Below are positions 27,495-40,890 of a stretch of DNA of 64,000 bases, one piece after another. The notes beneath the pieces were generated by a model. It was not told where the DNA came from, searched no databases, and saw only the letters and a program-made list of their open reading frames with translations. Positions within the stretch are counted from its first letter, which is position 1. Every line of letters starts with the position of its first letter. The position numbers were made by a program, and so were the translations under genes. The DNA is from Octopus vulgaris (taxonomy: Eukaryota), in assembly GCA_951406725.2 (NCBI GenBank), contig OX597822.1:64480001-64544000 (forward strand), in the 5' to 3' direction.

Positions 27495-27937
27495 TAAAAT
27501 CTGTAATAGCTACTGAAATGCTTGCTCACAGAACATACAGAGTGTGAAATACCAGAGCATAGTAACCAGCATAATAAAGTTCTATGATTTGTTTGTATTT
27601 GAATTTGATGGTCGTCTGCAGTCAGTATTTGATGTTGAAAAGATTCCCAACGAAATGAAATATAATTGTTAACTTCTGCTCTATTTTTCACCATTCTGTG
27701 TAGCAGATGGAAAAATGTTCTAACAGTGTAGAATCCAACACACAAGTTGCCTAACTCTTGTTTCTATACCGTGACGCCTGGTTGAAAGCCCAACTTACCG
27801 AGTTCTTTTAGAAAAACTGAAGGACATCAGAAATAAGTGTGTGATCTGAGAAGGGACTATGGTGAATAAAGCCACAATTAATTGATCCTCCTGAGTCTTC
27901 TTTTACCCAAAGCTGGGAACTTTTCACCACCTCCTCG
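27495..27937 (+). mobile_element. mariner relic, right end
   Basis: ...aataagtgtgtgatctgagaagggactatggtgaataa (KC....GDY-like C-terminus) and TIR aaagctgggaacttttcaccacctcctcg|TA; left boundary uncertain. Confidence 0.6.
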
Positions 27938-28090
27938 TATAACGTTTCGGACATTAGTCCTTCGTCGGATACTAGAACATCCACGAGAGATTAGGAAGAG
28001 ACGGAAGATGGGGGAAGGGGATAAAAAAGAGAAGAGAGTCAGGAAAAAAAACGCACGTGTATATTATACACGTATGCGTCATCTTCCCTC
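27938..28090 (-). mobile_element. PLE-type short element (third variant) with a hammerhead-like motif
   Basis: Minus strand: TAT CCGACGA A GGAC taat GTCC GAAAC GTT ATA; interrupted by the mariner at a TA. Confidence 0.6.
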
Positions 28091-28684
28091 TATGAAGAAG
28101 ATCCATAAACTTTGGTGGGTAAACAAAATGGCTGACCTATTTACATTTGCAAAACTAACTTTAATCAGTTCGTGCGTATTTCTCACATAAGGGTGTATTG
28201 AGCACCTCTATGTTCTTACGTGACTAAATAACATAAACAGTATACACGTGTGTGTATGTGTATGTGCATGAGTATATATAAATATGTGTGTGTTTGTGTA
28301 TATATATATATAAATATATATGAGTGTGTGTATGTGTGTATGAAATACATGGTGCAATCGAGTGACGATGAGAGATAGATATAGGTAAACAATTATATGC
28401 ACACGTACATATACTCGCTTGTGTGCAAACACACACACACACGCACACACACACAAACAAACACAAACACACACACGCACTCTCTCTCTCTCTCTCCCTC
28501 TCTGTCTAATTTGTCTCTGAATGGAGGTCTTCATATTGCGTCATAATATTTGGTAACATATGCGGATAAATGGAACTACTAAATTGAAAGATGAGACGAC
28601 ATATGCATTACATAACTGAATGTGTATATGTGTATGTGTGTTCATATATATATATATATGTGTGTGTGTGTATATATATATATA

Positions 28685-28730
<46 letters not shown>

Positions 28731-28929
28731 CGTTAGGTGATGGTTTCAATTTCTAGACAGGACTCTTGAGCGAGCCCCTTCTTTTCACGTACTTCTAGTT
28801 CTGTTAGTTCAAACGAGCAACAGTAGCAGCTGGTTAGGAGCTTAACCCCGAGGCGAAAGTTATCCCATTCAGTAAGGTGGGAAGGGGGTGTCTCAGAATT
28901 GGTACAAGTACTGGTTTAATGCGTCCGTG

Positions 28930-28993
<64 letters not shown>

Positions 28994-29212
28994 CTTTGTT
29001 TTAAATATTCTAACTATTTGTATCTTATTTTTTAAGCAAGAATATATTTAAGATATTTCGTATTTTACAAGATTATTTACGTATATTTATTAATTTATCT
29101 AATTAATTATATTATTGTTATCTTTAACCTGAAGAGTGGCTGTATTTATATTGAAGTGATTTTACAATTACTCCTCCACCTCCTCCTCCTCCTCCTCCTC
29201 CTCCTCCTCCTC

Positions 29213-29263
<51 letters not shown>

Positions 29264-29429
29264 TTACACGTGTCATTGTTCTACCAAATATATACGTTTT
29301 ATTCATTATTTTGGACATTACTTAATCATTGTTATATGTTTTATCTTATATTTAATCCTTCTATAATATATAATATTTCTAAATGGTATAATTTCACTTT
29401 TCCTTATTGAATTGATGAAAGATGGGTTT

Positions 29430-29469
<40 letters not shown>

Positions 29470-29536
29470 TTTGTGAAATTTGATTTAGCATTTCTAAATT
29501 GAATTTTTCCCTGTAAGTTTGGTATAAGATTCCCTC

Positions 29537-29574
<38 letters not shown>

Positions 29575-29575
<1 letters not shown>

Positions 29576-29780
29576 TACACTTTACTTGTTTCAGTAATTT
29601 TGACTGTGGCTATGCTGCAGCACCGCCTTTAGTCGAGCAAATCAACCCCAGGACTTATGCTTTGTAAGCCTAGTACTTATTCTATCGGTCTCTTTTACCG
29701 AACTGCTAGGTTACGGGGACGTAAACACACCAGCATCGGTTGTCAAGCGATGCTGGGGGGACACATACAGACACACAAGC
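29575..29780 (-). mobile_element. SINE family A, 3' half
   Basis: Family A match. Confidence 0.8.
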
Positions 29781-30399
29781 ATACATATATATATGTATAT
29801 ATGTGTGTGTGTGTACAAACTAACGGAAACAACACACGTATATACATAAATACACACACACATACGTACGTTTGCGTGTGCATATGTGTGTGTATCCGTG
29901 TGTGCGCATGTGTGTATCTTTGTGAGTGTTGCTAGCAACTGAGGCAAAGGCTATTTTAGCGAGAGGATAACCACCTGTTAATGAAAACGTTGCAAGGTTA
30001 GACAAAGCTAGTTACAGAACTGCAGCTACTTGATACAACAATGCTTGCGATAGATAAAGGTAGATTACAAAACATCTGTTCACAGCTTGGAGTAAACTCT
30101 CTGATGAGATGCTCACTAACTGATATGTTGAAGTCTTGTTAATACAAATATTATGAATATGTTAGCTGTTATAGCGAATATCCATCCATCTATCCATCCA
30201 TCTATCCATCCATCCATCCACCCAGTACTTTATCTGCCTATCTAACATTCAGCATATTTCTTCCTTTCTTTCTTTTTCTCCTTCTTTCTTTCTTTTTTCT
30301 CCCACTATCTATCTATGCATCCATCCACCCGTCTATCCACCCATCCATCCGTTCGTCCTTCCGTCCGTCCGTCTGTCTGTACACGTATCCTATGTGTCT

Positions 30400-30665
30400 A
30401 TCTTTTCAACTCGAGGCACAAGGCCCAAAATTTTTGGGGAGGAGGCCAGTCGATTAGATTGACTCCCGTACGCAACTGGTATTTAATTTATCGACCCCTG
30501 AAACGATGAAAGGCAAAGTCGACCTCAGTGGAATTGGAACTCAGAACGTAAAGACAAACGAAATACCGCAAAGCATTTCGCCCGGCGTGCTAACGTTTCT
30601 GCCAGTTCGCCGCCTTTTTTAAACTAAAGCAAAGTCGACCTCAGTGGTATTTGAACTCAGAACGA
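30400..30665 (-). mobile_element. SINE family B
   Basis: Family B match with the alternative tail (ggccttgtgcct...). Confidence 0.8.
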
Positions 30666-30719
30666 CGCAAGTTAAAATGTAAATGTAATTTCTAATCAGT
30701 AATTCTGCACCAATATATT

Positions 30720-31185
30720 GGCACTCCGTCGGTTACAACGACGCGGGTTCCAGTCGACCCGATCAACGGAACAACCTGCTCGTGAAATTAATGTGCAAGC
30801 GACTGAGCACCCCGCGGGCACGCCACACCCTTAGCGTAGTTTTCAGGGAGATTCAGCATAACATAGAATCTTTTCTACTCTAGGCACAAGAACCAAACTT
30901 TGGTGGAGTGGGGGTGGCCAGTCGATTAGATTGACACCAGTACGCAACTGGTACTTAATTTATCGACATATGAAAGGCAAAGTCGACCTCGGCGGAATTC
31001 GAACTCAACGGAATGGGACAAGGCTGACCATTTGAATTACAGGAACAATTCATTTTTGCCAGCTGAGTGGACTGGAGCAACGTGAAATAAAGTGTCTTGC
31101 TCAAGGACTAAATGCATCGCTGGGAATTGAACTCACGACCATAAGGTCATGATTTGATTACCCCAACCACCAAGCCACGCGTGAT
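30720..31185 (-). mobile_element. SINE family C interrupted by a family B fragment (~30868-31010)
   Basis: The family C sequence resumes after the B fragment. Confidence 0.75.
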
Positions 31186-31244
31186 CGTTCAGCACCAATA
31201 TGTGTATAAAGACTAACGATTCTACCAGCACGCTTCTAAAGTAA

Positions 31245-31885
31245 TCCTTTCTGCTAAGGGCACAAGGCCTAAAATTTTTTAGGTTAAGTGTCTAGTCGAT
31301 TACATCAATCCCAGTGCTCAACTGGTACACTTACTTTATTGACCCCGTAAAGAAGAAAGGCGAAGTCAACCTCGTCAGAATTTGAACTCAGAACATGAGG
31401 ATGGACAAAATGGCCCTAATCATTTTGTCCGGCGTGAGGATGATTTTCCTACCTTGTTGCCATTATTATAATTGTTCAATAAGGCGGCGAACTGGCAGAA
31501 CCGTTACCACACCGGTCGGAATGCTTAGCGGTATTTCGTATGTCTTTACGTTCTGTGTTCAAATTCCGCCGAGGTCGACTTTGTCTTTCATCCTTTCGGG
31601 GTCGATTAAATAAGTACCAGTTACGCACTGGAGTCGATATAATCGACTTAATCCGTTTGTCTGTCCTTGTTTGTCCTCTCTGTGTTTAGCCTCTTGTGGG
31701 TAGTAAAGAAATAGGTATTTCGTCTGCCGCTATTTTCTGAGTTCAAATTGCGCCGAGGTCGACTTTGCCTTTCACCCATTCGTGGATCAATAAATTAAGT
31801 ACCAGTGAAATACTGGGGTCGATGTAATCGGCTAGACCCCCTCCCTCGAAATTTCAGGCTTTGTGCCTTTAATAGAAAGGATTAT
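31245..31885. mobile_element. divergently oriented SINE B copies (minus 31245-31450; plus dimer 31481-31885)
   Basis: Family B matches in both orientations. Confidence 0.75.
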
Positions 31886-32109
31886 CATAATAATTGCCCC
31901 TGATTTGGGCAAAAGTCCAACAATTTTTAAGGGGAGGGGTTAAATACAAAACATCCACCACACTATTTGCCTCATATTATATTTTACTGACCGCAAAAGA
32001 ATGAAAGATAAAGTTGCTCCCGGTAGGATTTGAACTCTGAGCGTAAAGAATTACAACAAATACCACGAGGCGTTTTGTTTGACCCTGAAAAACTCTATCA
32101 ACCAAATAA

Positions 32110-32515
32110 TTCTTTTTATTCTTTTATTCTTTTTTGTGTTTCAGTCATTTGACTGCGGCCATGCTGGAGCACCACCTTTAGTCGAAGAAATCGGCCCCAG
32201 GACTTATTCTTTGTGAGCCTAGTACTTATTCTATCGGTCTCTTTTGCTGAACTGCTAGGTTACGGGGACGTAAACACACCAACATCGGTTGTCAAGCGAT
32301 GGTAGACACACACACACACACACACGTACATATATAGATATATATATATACGACGGGCTTCTTTCAGTTTCCGTCTACCAAATCCACTCACAAGGCTTTG
32401 GTCGGCCCAAGGCTATAGTAGAAGACACTTGCCCAAGGTGCCACGCAGTGGGACTGAACCCGGAACCATGTGGTTGGTAAGCAAGCTATTTACCACACAG
32501 CCACTTCTGCGCCTA
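32110..32515 (-). mobile_element. SINE family A, full length
   Basis: Family A match. Confidence 0.85.
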
Positions 32516-33233
32516 TGATTGTTAATAATGATTGAAAAACTTCAAAATGAACTAATTTTCAAACATATTTCTGAAACATTTTGAAAAATGTCACGGCAGT
32601 TCGGCTTTTTGGTAAAAGAGGTGATCGAGTTGAAATTTTGGTATATTTTCTTCTTCTAAGTCTTTTAAGCAGCTTTTAATTAAATAACCGGGATGACCTA
32701 ACCACCTACCAATTCTGAAGACAGGCGCGAAGCTTAAGAAAATGTTATCCCTGCTGTGATTCAGGAACTTTTTCTTGAACTGTACAGACCAGCGCTACAG
32801 CTGTCTGTTTTGCAAAGAGAATTGGTATCCCTCTCTCTACAACCCACTCTCTCTATCCCTCCCTCTGTCTCTCCCTCTGTCTCTCTCTGTGACTATACAC
32901 ACACATACACACACACACACGCACACACATATATGCACATATACATACATACATGCATAAATGTGTACATATGTCTATCTATATTATACATTCACATATA
33001 GATATATTATATATATATGTGTGTATATATACTTATTGTTCATACACACACGCACACGCACATATATATGCATGTATATATATGTGTTTGTGTGTGTGTG
33101 TGTGTCTGCGTATGTGCGCGCACGTGTGTATGTGTTAAAACAACTTTCATCTTTAGTTCGTTCCGTTGTTGACCTGTACTGTTGTGTATTGCACTTTCAC
33201 CTTCATAATCAAAGATAAAAGTTCAATCTAGTT

Positions 33234-33269
<36 letters not shown>

Positions 33270-33271
33270 GC

Positions 33272-33311
<40 letters not shown>

Positions 33312-33388
33312 GCACTCTCTCTTTCGCTCTGGCACGCACACATAACTACATACACATACATAGATATATAGATATGTGCAAATAGATA

Positions 33389-33435
<47 letters not shown>

Positions 33436-33649
33436 GTGTGTGTGTGTGTGTGTGTGTGTATTTTTGTCAGTTCCAATTCTTTAACCAATTGACTAATTAA
33501 CATTATCACACAGCGGAATAGACCAAAGTGGAAAGAAAATCTAACAGATGGATGCGGATAAATCACATGTTGGATGCAAAAAATATACATCCGAGAAAGA
33601 ACATTCTGTGCGTGTGTATATATGTATGTGTGTGTGCGTGTTTTTATGT

Positions 33650-33701
<52 letters not shown>

Positions 33702-34484
33702 GTATGATTAGAATGTTTTGAGTGTATATTGATAATAATGATAATAAGGTTAGTCAGAAGAAAATAACGAATTTCTCCTTAGTTTATTTATAGGAAGTCA
33801 AAAAGCCTTCATATTTTCGTAGGAAACAGAATCGAACGAAATAGAATAAAAAAAAACAAACAAAAAAACAACAAATGCACAAACATTCTCGAGTGCTAGA
33901 CCAAGAAAGGGTGTCAATGATATCGATTAAGGCTTCGCCTCAAAGTTGCTAAAATTTGAAGCCAAAATTATTTCTTTCAATACATTTACAAACCGACATA
34001 GCAGTACTCTAAATTTAGGCCATAATGTCTCTAGCCTTAAGCTGAAATGTAGAAAAAAAAATGAAAAACATATATAGCTTCTCAGTACACACACACATGC
34101 ATACACACACACACACACACACGCATACACACAGATGGTTATGCATGGACAGTGATAGGGTGTGCCCTCCTAGATACGCAACATTCATTCTTAGACATGC
34201 GTTTAAATTTTCGCCTACTAAAGAAGCTTTAAATACAGATATCATATATCTTATATATGAGATAAAACACTAGTTAATAAAGGGTTCTCTGATAAATCGA
34301 AACCATAAAACAATTAATCTGCATTTATATAATGCAGCATCCACTTAAAATAATGAAACCACATATATACATATACGAGAATACCCAATAAACACTCTGA
34401 TAAGTGAATGAATACGTCATCAAAGAAACTAATAAGTCAGCACATAACCTGGTTATCATGCCACAAATTCATAGTTAAAAAAAA

Positions 34485-34830
34485 TGAAAAGGAAAGGACA
34501 CCTTTCGGTGATGAATAACCATGGGATTGCACATAGAAACTTACCCTCCAAGGCACAAGTCCTGGCAAGATTGTTTATGGAAGACCAGCAGTCTTCCATG
34601 CATACCAGCCTTCCCTCTCTCCACACCACTGATCTTATCAAAGAGAAAGGCAACGGCCAATACAGTTGGGCACTAGTGACGCCATAATTCATTTCTACGG
34701 CCTAGTGAACTGGAGTAACGTGAAATAAAGTGCCTTGCTCAAGAACACAATACACAGCCCGGTCCAGGAATCGAACACGATTTCACGATCGTAAGCTCCA
34801 TGCTGTAACCACTGAGCCATGCGCCTTCGC
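34485..34830 (-). mobile_element. tRNA-headed SINE with a CORE-like domain and a distinct 3' part
   Basis: Head ggcgcatggctcagtggttacagc...ttcgattcctggacc; ttgagcaaggcactttatttcacg shared with family C. Confidence 0.7.
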
Positions 34831-35184
34831 ATCATTGTTAGAACATATTACTATAACACCAGGATGAAAAAGAAAAAAAATGTCGTCAATATGAAATAAC
34901 AAATTAGTAAAGCACAGAACGTACCCAGGTAAGAATCAAATTTCGATGTAAATAAAAATATATTTAAACTTCCTTATTCAGACTGCTGCATCGGTCATAC
35001 AAGCACAACATTTTCTCGTCAATTGACTGTGCATTTAAAAAGGCAAAAAAGGAAACTTTGTAAATCGTAACGAAGCAAACGAATTAAAATAAGGGAGCAA
35101 AAATAAATGACGCTACTACGACGTCACAGAGAAGTTCTGCCTCTCACAGTGAGAAGAATAATTACGGAAGTAATATTAATTTGA

Positions 35185-35372
35185 AATATTGGCACAAGGC
35201 CAGCAATTTTATGGTGGGTCTATGTCGATTACATCGACCCCAGTACGCAGCTGGTACTTATTTCATTGACCCCGTAAGGATGAAAGTCGACCTCAGCGGA
35301 ATTTGAACTAAGAAGGTAAAGACGGACGAAATGCCGCTAAGCATTTTACCCGGCGTGCTAACGATTCTAGCA
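35185..35372 (-). mobile_element. SINE family B
   Basis: Family B match. Confidence 0.75.
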
Positions 35373-35629
35373 ACCCAACACTTCGAATTACGAAAGTGAT
35401 ATTAACAATAAGATACAGACCAAAATCAGCACAAAAAAAGATCACCCGTAAATTCTATCTTGAAATCTACCAAGATATAACAGTTGTGTGATTATTAAAT
35501 CCTTTTGTCATTTTTCTCCACATTAAGACGACAGTATGAGAACAGAGGGATGAGGGCAAGGTGAAAGAAATGAAGAAATATTTGAGAAAGAATATATGAA
35601 GCAAAAGATAGATAAGCAGACAGATAAAT

Positions 35630-35970
35630 GGTGGCTCTCCGACCGTTACCACGACGAGGGTTCCAGTTGATCCGATCAACGGAACAGCCTGCTCGTGAAA
35701 TTAACGTGCAAGTGGCTGAGCACTCCACAGATACGTGTATCCTTAACGTAGTTCTCGGGGAGATTCAGCGTGATACAGAGTGTGACAAAGAGTGAGAGAA
35801 AGTTGTGGTGAAAGAATACCGCAGGGTTCCCCACCACCTCCTGCTGGAGCCTCGTGGGGTTTTAGGTATTTTCGCTCAATAAACACTCACAACGCTCGGT
35901 CAGGGAATCGAAATTGCACTCCTTCGACCGCGAGTCCGCTGCCCTAACCACTGAGCCATTGCGCCTCTAC
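35630..35970 (-). mobile_element. chimeric SINE: family E head joined to family C 3' body
   Basis: 35970-35790 matches E; 35789-35630 matches C. Confidence 0.7.
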
Positions 35971-36299
35971 AGAGAGATAAATGAGAAAAGTTAGTGATAG
36001 GTAGTGAGTAGAGGAAAGATAGGAACAAATAGAGAGGAAAAGGGAGAGAGAGAGAGAGAGGGAGAGGGAGAGAGAGAGAAAGAGAGAGTGAGTTTATTTT
36101 GTTTGGGTGTAAATGTGGTCATGTGCGTGTAGCTTCTACATATATATGAACTTAGAGAAAGAAGTATATTAAACTAACAAGCAAAACAACGAGAAAAGAA
36201 CGGGGCAGCGTTTGTCGTTGAACCTTAAGGTGAAGTGTGTTTGCCCTTAATCAATGTCATACAGTTAATTGTATTAGTTGTTTCGCTGTTGGAGCTGTG

Positions 36300-36422
36300 A
36301 CGAGAGGGCGCAATCATTACCGCAAGCTGTGAATGCTAGAAACGGAAGTGACGGTGTGGCATTATCCGCCATCGTTTATCCGACTACTACTACTTCCGGA
36401 CATTGAGTAGAAAACAGTAAGT
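36300..36422 (+). promoter_or_regulatory. candidate promoter / first non-coding exon
   Basis: Unique CpG-richer island with CGGAAGTGACG (36343), CCGCCAT (36366), ACTTCCGG (36392) and donor GTAAGT (36417). Confidence 0.35.
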
Positions 36423-36901
36423 CAGTTAAGTGGTGTTTCACTTAAAACAAAACCCTGACTTGTGAATTCAAATCTATCAAACGTTAGAAATTTGCAGACA
36501 TCTATCTGTCTCCATTTTATATTACATGCTATCTAAAATTTCCTTTCTTAACCCATTGCGTGTGTGTGTATGAGCGTGGGGGGTAAATACCTGCGTGCAT
36601 GCATACATACATACATACATACATACATACATACATACATACATACATACATACATACATACATACATACATACACATAGATACGCACATTCATACACAC
36701 TTACAAACATATATACATACACATACACATACATATACGCATGGGTAAGTTATACATACATATAAGCATACAGAGATGCATACACATATGTGTGTGTGCG
36801 TGCATGTGTATATATTAGTGTATGTTTGTTTCTCTTGTTTCGTTTGTATTTGGTCCTTTTTTGTATTTTTATTACATCTGTGTATATTTATCTGTGTGTA
36901 C

Positions 36902-36933
<32 letters not shown>

Positions 36934-37006
36934 ATGTGTAGGTGTGCATGTTACTGAGTTCTGTAAATTCTGAGTTCAAATTCGACCGTAGTTAAATTTC
37001 CGTTTC

Positions 37007-37043
37007 CTAACCCTAACCTAAACCTTAACCCAAACCCTAACCC
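37007..37043. repeat. interstitial telomere-like (CCCTAA)n, degenerate
   Basis: cctaaccctaacctaaaccttaacccaaaccctaaccc. Confidence 0.7.
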
Positions 37044-37636
37044 TCGTGGGTCGATGAAATAAAGTACAAATCAGACATTAATGTCAACGGTTTGGATTTA
37101 CCTCCTCCTTTTAAAATTGCTAGCATTTTGGGTTAATTGGAGAGTATTATTATTGTTATTAGAGTGCAAACAGACGTCATGGCGATGTTTCAAGCATCGT
37201 TTAGAAAGCATTGGATAACCTCTCTTTCCTGAAATCCTTTCAGATCGGATATTATGGTTAATTTACCAAAGTCATTTACTTAGTTGTGCAACCAAAGGGT
37301 GGGGCAGTGCACATTATCTTTTGAGGACAAGCGTAGACAGTAGTGTAATCAGCAGATTTATTCAAGGTGAAAATAGGTTGTGCAATGAAACTGTTGTCCA
37401 GGCATTCGTGCAACGTTTACGGAGCTTTGAAACCGTAGAATTATGACGAACGGTTATGATTGCATCGGAACGTAGCTGTTTTGGTGCTGATGATTTGGCG
37501 CGTGTGACTGGACATCCAGCCTGCTTTGGGGACAGAACTCTTTGGCACTGGAGTCAAATATCCCTACACACGCCTGCGCGCGCAAAGGGAGAGAGAGAGA
37601 GAGAGAGAGTGAGAGAGTGAAAGGGAGTGAGTGAGT

Positions 37637-37681
<45 letters not shown>

Positions 37682-37815
37682 GAAGTAAGAGAAGAGTGAG
37701 ATGAGAGTGAGAGAGTGAGAGGGAGATAAATATCACCATTTATTAATTGAAAGTACCTGATATAAACATTTTTACCTCTCCTTATACACCGAAAGAGAAA
37801 TATGCTCACAGATGT

Positions 37816-37883
<68 letters not shown>

Positions 37884-37962
37884 GAGTGAAAGAGTGAACG
37901 AAACATCAAACCGTCTGATATCAAATAAGTCAGAATTGGATCGGCGACACCATATAAGCGGC

Positions 37963-38110
37963 GCCAAAACGGCTGTGCCAAAACGGCTGTGCCAAAACGG
38001 CTGTGCCAAAACGGCTGTGCCAAAACGGCTGTGCCAAAACGGCTGTGCCAAAACGGCTGTGCCAAAACGGCTGTGCCAAAACGGCTGTGCCAAAACGGCT
38101 GTGCCAAAAC
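37963..38110. repeat. 14-bp tandem repeat (gccaaaacggctgt) x~10
   Basis: Perfect units, directly visible. Confidence 0.95.
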
Positions 38111-38338
38111 ATCTCCTAAAAATGGAGCCGGATGTTAACCGAATTCATTACAAGAATCAGAACGGAGAAAACTCCTTCCTTTACCGAGTGCCTGTGATGA
38201 GAGAGATAATATACGCACCAAGTTGAAAAAATTGTGAACAATTTTTTTTTTCTTCTCTCACTCAGATCTCCACAACTTTTTTCCTCTGCAGAAAGTAAGG
38301 CCGGAAAGTCAACTGACGATAAATGTTTGCACCTTGCA

Positions 38339-38371
<33 letters not shown>

Positions 38372-38373
<2 letters not shown>

Positions 38374-38571
38374 ACCTCGTGTGTGCCGTTGGCGATTTTT
38401 TTCCTCTGTCTTCCCTTCTCGGGATCTTTCCTTCTCCTATGTTTCCGACGAAAAGCTCCGCTCAAAACGTTAAAGCCTCCTTCTTCCCTTCTTTCCTGAG
38501 CGTCCAATAGTACTATATTTGTTCCACGTCCTCGCGTTGTTGTGTTTTTTTGTGTTTTCTTGTTTGGATTA

Positions 38572-38575
<4 letters not shown>
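38372..38575 (+). mobile_element. family D1 element, mutated hammerhead core
   Basis: Homolog of 8211-8417; core reads CCGACGA...AAAACGTT; (TA)n on both sides. Confidence 0.8.
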
Positions 38576-38613
<38 letters not shown>

Positions 38614-38738
38614 CGTATGTTTTACAATTCTTAAATTGTAAAAGATATGCAAAATAGTCTTCGAGCTGGTCTTAAGTTAACATATGTGTGCGTGCGTGCG
38701 TGTGTGTGTTGTGTGTGTTTGTGTGTACGTATGTGTGC

Positions 38739-38824
<86 letters not shown>

Positions 38825-39077
38825 GTACATATGTATATATGTATATATGTATAGATTAGTATATGTCTGTATTACACACACAGACATATATGTATATATA
38901 CACTGCATAAATTCGTGTATTTGGTGCTTGTCTGTTAAAGTTTAGCATACACATTCGCATGTATAGACCCGTATCTGCGTTATCCGAAATTTTGTATATA
39001 TCAACATCCATAGATACAAATCCATCTACAAACATACATACATATACACATACATGTGCATATACATACATACGTAC

Positions 39078-39130
<53 letters not shown>

Positions 39131-39802
39131 CACATACATTGACATGCTTATATTTATATACATATGCGTGTGCGTGTGTATGTGTGTGCGTGTGCACTCA
39201 CTCATAGACACACTATAAGACAATATCATGTCATGTCTGATTTAGCAATTTCTGTAATTCTGTAGCCATGTAAATACACATGACAGAGACATGCGCCATC
39301 TGTAACGGCTGTTCCACATTATCTAACTACAGAACCAAAATCCCAAGACAACATTATTACAAAGGGAACCTTGTCAGTTCTCGCCATTTCTATGGAAAAC
39401 TAATCAGGATGTGTACTTCCTTGTAACACACACTCTGTCCAAGTACAGCGTGGAATCAAAGACTTTAACATCCAGATGTAAGTTATAAGAGTTTAAGAAT
39501 GTTGTTCCAAAGTAGTAGTCTCCTTTGGTCATGGCAGAACGGAATCCCTAACACCGTCCGCCTTTAAACGATTTTACCACACACCAACATACATACATAC
39601 ATACACACAAACATAAATATGCACATACATATAAATACATATACACACGCGTAAATTATGGATGCAAATATGTCTCCCATGTATGTATGCATGTATGTAT
39701 GTATGTATATTTATTTGCCTACGAACAAGCGTAAAGACACGCATAAACACATAACCCCATACAGACAGACATATACATATACATACGCACATGCATATAT
39801 AT

Positions 39803-39867
<65 letters not shown>

Positions 39868-39956
39868 CATATATATATATACATACATTATATATACATA
39901 TATACACACACAAATATATAAGAATATCTATATGTGTATATGTATGTATATTTGCA

Positions 39957-39997
<41 letters not shown>

Positions 39998-40066
39998 GCA
40001 TGCATATATGTATATATGTGTATGCATATATATATATATGTGTGTGTGTGCGTGTGTATGTGTAAC

Positions 40067-40119
<53 letters not shown>

Positions 40120-40669
40120 CACAAATATACTTCCATAGACTGCACTAAACATCCACTCATCGAAGAAGACAACAAATATCTAAATAAAAAAACAAACAAA
40201 AAGTGTGCAAAAAAAAAGAAAATGAAAAAGAACTCTACTACAATATTTGTAAAATATCAAAGTATATTCCACGGATCATGAAATTACATCTACCGAAGTA
40301 ATTTCCCGTAAGGTTTCTCGCACTCTTTTAAAAACGCAGCAGGAGCTTAATCTTTAAATGACACCATAGACATTTTGTGTTTGTAACACAGTGCATGCTT
40401 CTGCTGTAAGAATATAAAGAAGATGTTGTTCGTGTTGTTATTGCCGACTTTGTTTCGGTAGACTTATGATCAAAGGAATTCCAGCCGGAATGTAGTCTGT
40501 CCTTCTACAAGAATATTACGTATGCAGAACTTATCCAATATAGCTCATTATTTTCGTGACGGTCGAGTGTGAATTGAGGAATATTTGGGCTGCTATTGCT
40601 TGCAGATTGATAGAGAGCACCATGGAGCACTCTTCTGGTTTCTTATTTTTAACTTAACCTGGGGTGGGG

Positions 40670-40890
40670 GTGGGGGGCAAATTGGCAGAATCGTTACAGC
40701 GTCAGACAAAATGCTTAGCGGCATTTCGTCCGTCTTGATTTTCTGAGTTCGAATACCGCTGAGGTTGACTTTGTCTTTCATCCTTTCAGGTTCGATAAAA
40801 TAAGTACCAGTTACATACTGGGGTCAATGAAATCGATTAGCACTTTCCCCTAAAGTTTCAGGCCTTGTGCCTAGAGTAGAAGCAGTTATT
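40670..40890 (+). mobile_element. SINE family B
   Basis: Diverged family B match. Confidence 0.75.

Noticed and set aside
26505-38110. 67-bp and 14-bp arrays as CRISPR-like arrays
   Set aside because: No unique spacers, no cas genes, eukaryotic context.
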